This document shows positions 28,275 to 39,000 of a DNA stretch of 64,000 nt, one piece after another. This DNA comes from a virus: positions 38,579-102,578 of IMG/VR virus record IMGVR_UViG_3300008954_000020; one strand, 5' to 3'. Position numbers and translations under genes: made by a program. The first letter of the stretch is position 1. Each line of letters opens with the position of its first letter. Under the pieces are notes generated by a model that was not told where the DNA came from, made no database searches, and saw only the letters and a program-made list of their open reading frames with translations.

Positions 28275-31200
28275 CTATTCGTTATAACCACCATATGCAA
28301 CGCCGGCATTTCCAGCACTCCAGACCCAATAGTATTGCCCCACACTCGACCCACCTCTATCCTCCCAAGAGCTATCGGTGCGAGTTGCTTGTAACCCGTT
28401 TGTCCCAATACTGTCATTCATCCAATTGTGTTGACATGTGGACACGGAGTCCACCCAAGGGAGGGCCTCTTGGAAGTAATAGTTTCTAATCCCAGCTGCA
28501 TTACTGCCAAATGCGACGGCTCCAGTTCTATCGAGGTACATATAATACCAATGGGAATTAATCGAACCTACATTGCCACCACCCAAATCCCATCGTTTTT
28601 GTTGAGTTAGGTGGTCGTGTGCAGTACCGATTCCAGTTTCCCAATCGAAATCACCATTGGCTCGGGCTCCGACAGCTGTTTCAAACGCAATCCACCTTAT
28701 CCGAGATTCCCCAGTGACGAGCATATCCCAAAGGTGTTTGCATCTTTTTGAAATTAAACGGTCTTGTGTTGAATTGGTATCCAATAGTCTTGCGGGACTA
28801 CTCATTCCATCGATTGCCCCTATGGTTGGTTCCAGTCCCCAATAGGTGGAAGCATCATGGATTACTCTCTTCAAATGCAACTGACCACCATAAGTCTGAA
28901 TTCCGTAGTGGGCTCCAGAATGGCCCAATGTATATGTCGTTCTACGACCAAATCCGAGAAGAGAACAATCCTCCAATTCCACAGTCCCCGAATTTCTTTC
29001 TTGAACATAGACTGCCTGACACCCAGAATTGAACAAGAACGACTTATACATGGTAACGGAACCATTTACAACATGCAGCGCATTTCTAGATGAATTCATG
29101 ATGGTAGAATTTCTTATATTCAAATTCGATCCCATCAGTAAACGGACACCAATACCATGATTGGAAATTGCACTTTGGTATATGTTAACAGTACTGCCAT
29201 GAGTGACAAAAATTGAAGCACCAATGCCGTTTGGCGATATGTTTGCAGTTACACAACGGCCATCAGTAGGTGTTGCACCTATATTATTATAGGCTTTATA
29301 GTTTTTATTGTCGGATGTTATGGTGGAGGAGTCGGTGTAGTTGGCAACACCCGGCAGTAATGTTTTAATTGTATCAATTTTATCGGGGAACGGATATTGG
29401 TTTGCCCACATAATCAAAGATTCTTTAAATTCAAAATAACTATTTTCTATCAAGGCTGCAGATGATCTACATCCTGTGATTGAAGAATAATTCATTTCCA
29501 AGGAACCTGCACCACTACGAACACAATTCCCTCCCCAATTAGAAGTGAAGGAACAGTCAGTACAAATAACATCAGACTTTTCGGCATCCAACGCAGATTC
29601 GTGATTGCCGGTTGTAACTTTGTTGAGTGATATAGAACTCATATCAGATTTAAATGGTCGAGCAATATCTTTTACACCAACATTGGTACAATTTAAATTG
29701 GCTTTTTGTGACACATAGAATGCATAATTCTTTGCATGTACTCCATATGCACCGTCCGTATAGTCATAACTACCAACGATTGCCAAATCACGAATAGTTA
29801 TATCACAGTTTCTAATCAGGAACAGTGCTTTTGTGGAAGCATTGTTTGCAAGTTTTAGAACTGCACCATATTTCGTACCGATGATTTTATCATCTTTACG
29901 ATATTCACCAGCAGAGCCACTTATTCCAATATTTGTTTCGGGGTTAGATGGGTCAAGAGTGAATTTAAGATTGTTGCCCCAACTTCCTCCTGCGGAAATT
30001 CCTTGTGCATATCCCTCAGCACCAAATACTCCGTATGCAGTACATCCATCATATCCAGTATTGTCTTCGTTAAATTGTGAGTGTGCCTTTTTGGCAAAAT
30101 ATGTGGCACCTGTAGATGCATCATTAGCAATTCCTTGAACAGCAACATCTACCGCTGCTTCGTGCCCCGTCATCAACCCACGCAGCCTGTGATACGGAGT
30201 ATCATAACAATCGAAGTTATCTGCATAGAAATTCAAGTTATATGAGGCTTTTTGATTGTTCAAGAAGTTGAAGTTCTTGTCATCAATAATATAGTTTCTA
30301 TGAACTGTATTTACGGCATGGTTTGAACCGATATTCCCCGGCCCTGTGCCTGTATTTGCCGAACCACTGACTCCAGAAATTTCATGTGAACCAAGAACGG
30401 CATATCGGGTTAATTGCCTTGGAGTATCGGGAGCTCCCGTTCCACCAAAACCTGAACCGTCTGCATTTGTATATGAGAATTGTTTTGCTACATCTAATAC
30501 TCTTTTGTTGCCAACAACTTGATGTGCGGGTAGGGAGTGCCAGGATGTGTGTCCGTGCATACCAGTAGTGATTGGCATCCCATCTCGAATTTGGTTCAGA
30601 GAATGAAAATCTTCGTATCCAGTTGTACTTCCATGAAAGTAAAGATAATCAAAATTACTATCCCAATTTGTTCCACCGATTCTAGAAAGTCTAGTACTAC
30701 CTTTACTCATTCGTGTGAAGAGATAGTCACCGCCGGTGATGCCCATATCAGTTAGAGAATCGCCAGCACCAGAGATGCCAAGACTCAATGAAAACTCAAA
30801 GTTATCTTCAGCAGAACTTACACCAGCAGCAGTAGTGATACCAACTGTGTGGAGATAAGAAGAACCGCCTGTTAGTGATTGTCCGTTGACATCATTGATG
30901 GGTCGTGAAACATATGTTTCACCACGAATAACAATTCTGTCCATGTCGGGGTGTGTTTGTGGACAGAGTGATGCAATTGCACTTCCTGTTCCACCATATG
31001 AATCAACTGTTTCGGGAAGAGATGAATCAAATTCATTTGATTCACGAACAAGTGCTGGGCCCCATTCGTCATCGATTGTATACTCACCATCTTTGAGAAT
31101 GATGTGAAGTTCTTTGCCGGGATCAACCTGATAATTTTGAATCGACAAGAATGCCTGTCGTAGAGTTGCATATGGAAGTGCAGAAGTTCCATCACCCGTG

Positions 31201-31331
31201 GCATCATCGCCAGTGGGAGATAGATAAATGTCTTTATCACTTTTAATTCTACGAACAACCTCACCCGTCAACTCAGCGTTGATTGAGATGATTTCGTGGG
31301 AAGAACCTAGATTTATTGCACTACTACTCAT
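28275..31331 (-). CDS. Putative tailspike / right-handed beta-helix protein
   Basis: IYLSPTGDDATGDGTSALPYATLRQA start of a pectin-lyase-like fold; Asn/Ser/Cys ladder repeats in the C-terminal half. Confidence 0.7.
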   Translation of the reverse strand: MSSSAINLGSSHEIISINAELTGEVVRRIKSDKDIYLSPTGDDATGDGTSALPYATLRQAFLSIQNYQVDPGKELHIILKDGEYTIDDEWGPALVRESNEFDSSLPETVDSYGGTGSAIASLCPQTHPDMDRIVIRGETYVSRPINDVNGQSLTGGSSYLHTVGITTAAGVSSAEDNFEFSLSLGISGAGDSLTDMGITGGDYLFTRMSKGSTRLSRIGGTNWDSNFDYLYFHGSTTGYEDFHSLNQIRDGMPITTGMHGHTSWHSLPAHQVVGNKRVLDVAKQFSYTNADGSGFGGTGAPDTPRQLTRYAVLGSHEISGVSGSANTGTGPGNIGSNHAVNTVHRNYIIDDKNFNFLNNQKASYNLNFYADNFDCYDTPYHRLRGLMTGHEAAVDVAVQGIANDASTGATYFAKKAHSQFNEDNTGYDGCTAYGVFGAEGYAQGISAGGSWGNNLKFTLDPSNPETNIGISGSAGEYRKDDKIIGTKYGAVLKLANNASTKALFLIRNCDITIRDLAIVGSYDYTDGAYGVHAKNYAFYVSQKANLNCTNVGVKDIARPFKSDMSSISLNKVTTGNHESALDAEKSDVICTDCSFTSNWGGNCVRSGAGSLEMNYSSITGCRSSAALIENSYFEFKESLIMWANQYPFPDKIDTIKTLLPGVANYTDSSTITSDNKNYKAYNNIGATPTDGRCVTANISPNGIGASIFVTHGSTVNIYQSAISNHGIGVRLLMGSNLNIRNSTIMNSSRNALHVVNGSVTMYKSFLFNSGCQAVYVQERNSGTVELEDCSLLGFGRRTTYTLGHSGAHYGIQTYGGQLHLKRVIHDASTYWGLEPTIGAIDGMSSPARLLDTNSTQDRLISKRCKHLWDMLVTGESRIRWIAFETAVGARANGDFDWETGIGTAHDHLTQQKRWDLGGGNVGSINSHWYYMYLDRTGAVAFGSNAAGIRNYYFQEALPWVDSVSTCQHNWMNDSIGTNGLQATRTDSSWEDRGGSSVGQYYWVWSAGNAGVAYGGYNE

Positions 31332-31349
31332 TTGTTATTATCCTCTTGA

Positions 31350-31357
31350 TATGTATC
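31350..31357 (-). promoter_or_regulatory. Late promoter variant
   Basis: GATACATA then GAGGA RBS. Confidence 0.45.
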
Positions 31358-33035
31358 AACTAAACTTCATTGCGAAACCGTGGGCAACGCTCGGAGTGGT
31401 AAATCCGCCAGCTTGTTCGTGGCCGAACAAGGCCCCACCACTTACTCCACTGGTGGGATATAAGTTTCCGCTCGTGTCCGAACCCATTTGGTGAACTACA
31501 TTTAACCCACCTGCTGCATCATTTAGTTTAATCCAAGTTCCAGTATTTCCATATCCTCTAGTAGTGATTGAAAGTTCAACACCAGCAGATACACCCGGCA
31601 CGCCAACACCAGTTGAATTACCCATCGTTCTAAATCTTAAGTAATTGTTGGCAGGAACATCGAAAACTCTTGCGATTACAAATGATGCATCTTCATCGAC
31701 ACTTGCACCATTTTCATTAGCAGTGAGATGTACAAACCACGATGCTCCAGCCGCACCACCAGGCAAACTGTTCTCGTTGGTACGGCTGGTAGTTATAAGC
31801 AATGGAACGACTTGGCCAAACCCCCCTATAGTATTCGATGGATTAGGTGAAACATTACCACTAGTAAAATCTGTTGCTGTAATATTTCCTGTGATTCCAA
31901 GTGTATTGTCGCCAGCAGAAATTCCGTGTTGGTCAATTATGACTCCACCCGCAACACTACCAACTGTTGTAGTTCCACTGACAGTCAGATTACCACTGTT
32001 CATTGTCATATTACCAGTGAAACCAATCGGTGCATCTTTGGTTAGTGCTTCTGAAACTGTAGCAGGTTCCCATACTCCAGTTGTGCCACTACTTTCATAT
32101 TGTAAAATGTTCCCTACGGTTGCACCAGTTGTTCCTGCATCTGCTAAATCGTTAAGTAATAATCCACTAATTGATGCTCTTGAATTTTGTTCATAACGAA
32201 TAAGATAATTCGTGACTGTGAATGGTTGCATGATGCTGACTTTGGATTCGTTATCCGTTCCAGTGGCCAGAGTGTCAAGAAGTCCACCTTGATTAACGAT
32301 TGCATCTGATGCTTCAGCACCACCAGTGACACCAAGAACTCTTTGTGTGAGTCCAGACCCAGAACCCGCACCAACAGGAACTCGTCCCATCATATTAGGA
32401 ACATGGAAATAATCGTTTACACCATTTGTACCACTACCACCGAATGATGTTCCAATCACACTATAAAGATTGGCATATGTTGTTCCTGCCCCAGTGTAAC
32501 CACCATAATATGTCGCACCATCGCAGACCAACCAACCAAGGGGTTCAGAACCAGTTGCTCCAGCCCAAGGAATTACAGCACCGACAGGTTGTAGTTGTGA
32601 AACTTCAACCGAAGATTCGCCACCAATAACAGAACCGATGTAATTTAATACCAGACCTTCGTTTGTATCGTTCATAACAACAATGGGCTTGATGACTTGG
32701 CCAGGCAAAGTTGGAGGTGTGGTTGTTAATTTTCCTGCTATATCAGCAGACAAGAATAAAACATCTGATGTAACAAAATCACTAAGTCCAGAAGTAACAC
32801 ATTCGCCTTGATAGACAACAGTGAACGAGTGAACACTTCCAGCATCACTCACAACACCAATTGCTTCGGCATTTGATGCCGAATCGGCTTGCGCTTTTAG
32901 GAAGGCTCCAGTTACGCCGGGATTTGGTCGAATAACATCGCCCACGACAAATCCATGAGTGGCTTGATTGATAGTTTCCACCAATTTTGTTGTTGATGTT
33001 TGCGTTGCGCCAAGTCTAAATGCACTAGTTCCCAT
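31356..33035 (-). CDS. Tail fibre protein with phage tail collar domain
   Basis: PVGAVIPWAG...GWLVCDG...YANLYSVIGTSFG...FHVPNMMGRVPVG...MQPFTVTNYLIRY collar motif. Confidence 0.85.
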   Translation of the reverse strand: MGTSAFRLGATQTSTTKLVETINQATHGFVVGDVIRPNPGVTGAFLKAQADSASNAEAIGVVSDAGSVHSFTVVYQGECVTSGLSDFVTSDVLFLSADIAGKLTTTPPTLPGQVIKPIVVMNDTNEGLVLNYIGSVIGGESSVEVSQLQPVGAVIPWAGATGSEPLGWLVCDGATYYGGYTGAGTTYANLYSVIGTSFGGSGTNGVNDYFHVPNMMGRVPVGAGSGSGLTQRVLGVTGGAEASDAIVNQGGLLDTLATGTDNESKVSIMQPFTVTNYLIRYEQNSRASISGLLLNDLADAGTTGATVGNILQYESSGTTGVWEPATVSEALTKDAPIGFTGNMTMNSGNLTVSGTTTVGSVAGGVIIDQHGISAGDNTLGITGNITATDFTSGNVSPNPSNTIGGFGQVVPLLITTSRTNENSLPGGAAGASWFVHLTANENGASVDEDASFVIARVFDVPANNYLRFRTMGNSTGVGVPGVSAGVELSITTRGYGNTGTWIKLNDAAGGLNVVHQMGSDTSGNLYPTSGVSGGALFGHEQAGGFTTPSVAHGFAMKFS

Positions 33036-33045
33036 TGTATTTCCT

Positions 33046-35874
33046 TTAGATTATCGTCACTGATATGTATTCAGGATCGCAAAGCCCGTATGTAACATGG
33101 TGTGCATGAATTCTCATCAATGATTCACTCTGGTCAGTGGCACGATTCGCACCATATATAAATCCAGCAGTGCCACCAACAAATCCTTGAATACTATAGT
33201 TATCTGTTTGTAAATTTGTTGTGAAGTCTATGGTGTAATCACCAGTTCCGTTGCGTGTGACTTTATCAATATTGTAGTTTGTTCCAGTTGCACCCGAACC
33301 AGTGCCACCAATTAAAGCTCCGTCACTACCAGCAAAGAGTGCAACCACTTTTGGAATGTTCACACCTTGGACAGAACCGTTTTCGATTGCAACACGATTC
33401 TGGAATGCATCGTTACTGAAGAAGGCCGCACCTGTGTTTCCGTATAGAGAACCTGTATTTCCGATTGTTACAAGATTTGTTGTTTGTCCGTCTGCGGTGA
33501 TACCACCGTAGCAAGATGTGCCAGTTTCGACATAACCAAGACCGCCAAAATTATTTTGACTAAGTAAGATATTATTATTATTTCCTTGAATACCAATGCC
33601 AAAATCACAGTCTAAGAAAGAACAATTTTGAACTGTAATATTTTCACATCCTGTTGATCCTGTACCAGCACCAGAACCAATGATTCCACCATCAACGAAA
33701 ACACCATATGTGTATGGGGAGTCCAGATTGCCCGATACACTCTCTCCCGAATTGCATACGCATGATTCTATTAAAATATTTTGGGTTCTTCGGTATGCAC
33801 TACTATTTTCAATTGAAATGAATTTTGTAAAATCTGCGCCAGCACAATCTATAATCCGATGAGTATTGTTTCCTGTTATTTTAAAACCTATATTGTTTAG
33901 GCCTTGTCCATCACTTGTTGAACTATATGGAAGGCCTTCTAATTTCATATTTTCGAATGAAGAATTTTCAAAACCCGAAAGGTCGAACATAACGGTATTA
34001 GCAGCAGTTCCACCCTGAACATCCATTGTTAAACGCATATCCGACATCTTGAATTTATATCTTAGTGAGTACGAGCTCCCAAATATATCATCAGCATTGG
34101 ATTTAAATACAGGCCCTGTTGTACCTCTAAAGACAATATCGGTGCCCTCGCCACTCATAAAGCCAACACTTCCGTTTGATTCACCAATAAGATGATTTCC
34201 GCTGTTTTTTATCAGAAGTGGTGATGTTACGATATAAGTTCCAGAAGGAAAGAAAATTCTTTTCTTGTTCTGATCTGCATTTGTTACAGATTGGTCGATT
34301 GCAGTTTGAATCGCAACAGTATCGTCTGCAACACCATCACCCAATGCACCATAGTCTTTAACGGAAACATAATCGCCGAGTCTATCAAGAATATTTCTAG
34401 CTTCGGTTGCACCAGTAGATTTTAAGTTTGTTTCTTTGATTGCTTCAAATGGTTTGGTGAGTGCATGATTCATAACAACAATTTCAGCACCAGCAAGAGG
34501 CGGTTCAATGAATTCAATTCTATTACCCACAGTCGCAGTACCAGTACCCGCAACAATTCGGAAACTTGCGGGCCCCGTTCCTCCGCCCGTACCGAAAGTG
34601 ATGCCTGTTCCTGCACCAAGCGTTCCTCCATCATTTTCTGGAATTTGCATAACACCATTTATAGAAACAATGTGTGAACCTGCTATAGTACTTGCACTTC
34701 CAGAAAGTCCGTATGTGGAGTTTGAACCGTCAGCAACAATTCTCCAAGTTTGGGGAACGGAGTTCGCAATAATATCTTGGTCAGGAACAATACCGCCGAT
34801 GTAGTTTAAAACAAACCCAGTAGTTTCGGATAGTCCAAACAATACTGGTTTGACAATTGAACCTTTTGCATATGTCCGTTGAATAGTCAACGCACCTGCA
34901 ACATCGGGGTCGAGGAAGTGAATTTCGCCGGATGTTAATTGCACACCTTCATTGTTACCACCAGCACCACCACCAGAGAATCCTTGAATCTCACCATGTG
35001 TTACTACAACAAATTGATTTGAGTTGTTGGATGAATGTCTATCAATAACACCGAAAATTTCTGCGTTTGATTCGCTGTTTGCTTGTGCTTTGACCCAATC
35101 TGTACCATTCCATCGAACCACATCACCATGTACAAAACCATGATTAGGTTTGTCAATAATTTTTCTATTGACTCCCCGAAGGATTTCTACTGTACCATCT
35201 TGTCGGAAACGAATACCGCCGGTTCCTGTATTGTTTCCAAACATACTAGCAGTATTGCCAGTTGCGTATGAAATATCAGCAACAGGTGAAGAATCACCTG
35301 TTCCATCATCTCCAAATTCTACATGAAGACCATTTGTGTTTGAGTCTGCGGCTCCAAAAAGCCGGATAACATCATCTTCACCCACCAAAGCCTTGCCGGC
35401 AGATATACCAATGTGTTGATTAGAAACCCACGCTTGATGATTGCCCGCCCCGAACTGATGTCTCCATGTCCATCTTTTATTACTACCAGTAGATAGAACA
35501 ACAATACCACCATCATCTATACCAGCGTCATCTGCACCAGCGGTATTGTTTGCACCAGAAGCACCAAGTTCAATTTGGTGATCATCGACTGTTATTGTTT
35601 CCATATCAAAGGAAGCAGCAGTTCCCGTGAATGTTATATTACCACCAACAACCAAGTCGCCAGCGATTGTAAGACCTTTGGTGATGTTTGGTGCAACTTC
35701 AAATGTAACGGAACCGCCAACACGACTATAAGTAATACCATCACCATGAACAACATCATACACTTTGACAGCATTTAAGATGTCAGCATGTTGATTAGTC
35801 TTCTCACGCCACTCATTAAGTGTATCAGAAAGAACGGTCTGGTCTTGTTGACTATGTGGGCCTGTGTATGGCAT
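33046..35874 (-). CDS. Tailspike with pectate-lyase-3-like beta-helix
   Basis: SVKDYGALGDGVADDTVAIQTAID...IFFPSGTYIV; N-terminal DTLNEWREKTN virion anchor. Confidence 0.85.
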   Translation of the reverse strand: MPYTGPHSQQDQTVLSDTLNEWREKTNQHADILNAVKVYDVVHGDGITYSRVGGSVTFEVAPNITKGLTIAGDLVVGGNITFTGTAASFDMETITVDDHQIELGASGANNTAGADDAGIDDGGIVVLSTGSNKRWTWRHQFGAGNHQAWVSNQHIGISAGKALVGEDDVIRLFGAADSNTNGLHVEFGDDGTGDSSPVADISYATGNTASMFGNNTGTGGIRFRQDGTVEILRGVNRKIIDKPNHGFVHGDVVRWNGTDWVKAQANSESNAEIFGVIDRHSSNNSNQFVVVTHGEIQGFSGGGAGGNNEGVQLTSGEIHFLDPDVAGALTIQRTYAKGSIVKPVLFGLSETTGFVLNYIGGIVPDQDIIANSVPQTWRIVADGSNSTYGLSGSASTIAGSHIVSINGVMQIPENDGGTLGAGTGITFGTGGGTGPASFRIVAGTGTATVGNRIEFIEPPLAGAEIVVMNHALTKPFEAIKETNLKSTGATEARNILDRLGDYVSVKDYGALGDGVADDTVAIQTAIDQSVTNADQNKKRIFFPSGTYIVTSPLLIKNSGNHLIGESNGSVGFMSGEGTDIVFRGTTGPVFKSNADDIFGSSYSLRYKFKMSDMRLTMDVQGGTAANTVMFDLSGFENSSFENMKLEGLPYSSTSDGQGLNNIGFKITGNNTHRIIDCAGADFTKFISIENSSAYRRTQNILIESCVCNSGESVSGNLDSPYTYGVFVDGGIIGSGAGTGSTGCENITVQNCSFLDCDFGIGIQGNNNNILLSQNNFGGLGYVETGTSCYGGITADGQTTNLVTIGNTGSLYGNTGAAFFSNDAFQNRVAIENGSVQGVNIPKVVALFAGSDGALIGGTGSGATGTNYNIDKVTRNGTGDYTIDFTTNLQTDNYSIQGFVGGTAGFIYGANRATDQSESLMRIHAHHVTYGLCDPEYISVTII

Positions 35875-36083
35875 TATGCATTACCCTTTTCGAGAAGTTG
35901 TTTCATTATTGACTTAAGTTCAGCAACTTCGTCCTCAAGATTATGTATCTTGTTTTGTTCTGCCTCTTTTTGCTTCATTAATCTTTTTCTTGTTTCATAT
36001 GCACCGACATTTTTAGAAATGATAGCCTGAGATTCTGTATCTCGGTAAATATCTGGTCTATCTTGTACTTCTATTTTTTTCAT
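35874..36083 (-). CDS. Small coiled-coil virion protein
   Basis: RDTESQAII...LEDEVAELKSIMKQLL; typical small gene after VrlC-like genes. Confidence 0.65.
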   Translation of the reverse strand: MKKIEVQDRPDIYRDTESQAIISKNVGAYETRKRLMKQKEAEQNKIHNLEDEVAELKSIMKQLLEKGNA

Positions 36084-39000
36084 GTTACTGCTATTGCTCT
36101 CAAGTCCTTGACCATAGGATATTGGTTTCCCAGACCCGCTTTAGTTTGATACATCACAAACTTAACTTGGAATTGTCCAAATTCAGATTCTTGTGCAAGT
36201 TTATATTCAATCTCTCTAAATCCAGTTCCTTTTGGCGGTGTTGCGGTTGGAAGTATTCGTACCCACTTCTCTCTTCGGATACTAGTTTCTGATTGTTCTT
36301 CTAGTGTTCGTGCAAACACATGAATGTCTGTTCCAACAGGAACATCTTGTGTTAAAAATACACTTAGTCCCAGTGCATTAATGCCTTCTTCAAGAACAAC
36401 AGGGGATGTGATATACCTTACAAGTGGTGCATTATCGCCCCATGAGTTCGGTTCATATTCCCCGTTGTAGTTGCCGGAAGCGGCTGCAGATACTCCAGCA
36501 TTTGCCGTAACACCATTAATAAGTTGCTGGTCATAAACAACATCAAGATTTTTGTTATTATCAATGAGGTATTCCGTAACGCTTATACCCATTCGTTCAG
36601 CATCAATAACAGGACTTAAGAATTGTGACCCAGTAAATTTAATTTTATGAATTAATGATTGTTGACCTGATGAGGAGTCAGCTCCTTGTCCTGTTCCACT
36701 GCCGGATGAAAGAATTACAGATTTTCTTTCGTCCATGAGGGAAATCCCACCCTCTCTAGACGGTATGGTTTGATGAACATTAGAACCAAACTGAGCCACT
36801 GTTTGTACTAAAGTACTGTGTGATATACTTGTATCGCCCGGCGACATTTGTGTAAAGTTAGGTTGAAGTTCATGGAATCGTTGATGTCTATATGTGCCAC
36901 TTCCTTCACCACCTTCGATGGTGTGGAAATGATTTGTAGCGACTTCTTCAAGAGTTCCAAGGTCAGCAGATAAATCTAATGAACCTTCCAATCCAGATGG
37001 TGTGAAATCACAGATGGAAAATCGGAAACACATGTCTGAATTTTGGTCGGCAGTCCAAGTACTTGCATTTTGTGACTTAAAGAATGAACCCGTATATGGT
37101 TGTGCTGTAATTTTAGTACTGCCCAAGGTTCCATCACTATTCAGTTTATATTCGCCCATTGTCGAATACCAAACTTCATATTTGTCACTATTGGAAATAA
37201 CTACAATGCAATATTCTCCAGGCGTTAGATATACTGGAGTTGAGAAATTGAATCTGGTCTTGTCGGTGCCCGATGCAGTCCAATCTGTTTTCGCAACACA
37301 ATCAACGGGGTCAAGAACAACCTTCGACATAGGAATATGTTCGCCCGAACTCGGATAACCATTTACCATAGGACGAATTTCTACCGAAACTGGTAAACTT
37401 TCGTCTATCTGTGCAAAGAACAAATCGACACTCTTTGCAAAGACACCATTTGGATATTCGTCTGCACTAATCATAATAGATTGTGCGACCGGATCAATCC
37501 ACCTTCTTGTCGTGTTGCCAACTTCTTGCCATCCAGCATCTGTTCGCTGTACCCGAGATCGTCGGACTGATGTAGTAACACTTGTTGCTTGAACAACCTG
37601 TAATAATCCTGTTGCCGTATATTCGGCATCAGCAAAAGTTGATTCAAGTTGTGCAGAATTGCCTTCGTGGTCAGTTAATTTGAATTGTCTTCCACCCGTT
37701 CGGAAATCTCCAGCAGGCAAGTCAAAATGAAGTCCAATCTTGCCGTTTCCGTCTGTTGTTAGAGCACCACCTAAATCACCAGTGATATCTCCGCCGAGTG
37801 CTTCTGTAAGAATACTAGCCCGACCACTACCATAACTAGCAAGAGTACAATATTCGGTCACGGCTTGTCCATCGAAGAATGGATATACTCTTGTATTTGG
37901 CCTTAGTCCAGTTGCTGTGATTCGAATATTCTTTGCTCGCATGAAAGGAATATTTGAAGTTTCAACAACTCTGTCGCCCAAATTCATTGTAGTGTTCGTT
38001 GTACTTTCAGTGGTCTGAAATCGTTGGGTTCGGACAGAAGCCATTCCATCCATTGTTCGGTTGCTTGTTCGTCTTTCTTGCACTTGTACAGACCCAGAAG
38101 GTAGATTGAATTCGTTGAGAGCTGCCTGTCTTGCTGCAATCTCAGCAGTAGTGGTTTGTTGCTCAGTCCACCAATTCCTGCCCCACCAGTTGCCTCGGTT
38201 GTTATTCAAGACGGCTGCTCGGGCAGCTCGGGCAGCTCCGGCCGCCTGATTGAGGGAACCGGCAACACCAGCGACCGTGAGATTTGTGCCTGCAACAACA
38301 GTTCCCAATTGGTCAGTAATGTTTGCAAGGCCCTGTACTCTAGCATCAATAGTTTGGGATAAAGCTTGGGCAGGTAATCGTGTTGTGTCAGTCCATGTAT
38401 CTGTTTCTGGTCGGAGTTTAATATCACCTGTGAAACTAACAACATTATAGGGATTAACACTAATTTTTGCAGACCTAACCACTTGCTCGATGAGGTGTAC
38501 TCTGCTAGAACTTAATACATAACAATCATCATCCGTTAATACTAATCCTTCAATAGAACCTTTTTGTACTAGATCAACATTATCAGAAGCCTGGGGGCAA
38601 TATGCAGCATTCATCATATCATCAATCAGAATATTATAGTCAGGATTGGTTGCATCACCAATATTATGACCTGTAAATGGGTCTACCAAAATACCATTTT
38701 TAAATCGTGGAAGACCGTTTGCATCTACTATCATAGAATTTTCGGCACTTTGTTCCATCAAAGACAAAGCAGTATAATATTCCATCCTATCGACTTTAGA
38801 TTTAATCTTACCAATGTCTCTCATAGTATATCGTTTGTTGTCTTCGATGTTTACACGAATATCATTGATGTGGTAAACATAAGGAGGAATACTAATAGTT
38901 GCTAACAACATTCCATCTGTAACTGATTCGGGCCTCCGTCTTCGTACAGAAGGCGTTCCTTGTACCAATTTTAATACCTTGTCATTTCGAAGATACAGGA

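Noticed and set aside
22061-35874. Complete diversity-generating retroelement
   Set aside because: No reverse transcriptase, accessory gene or adenine-mismatch template/variable repeat pair visible in this window
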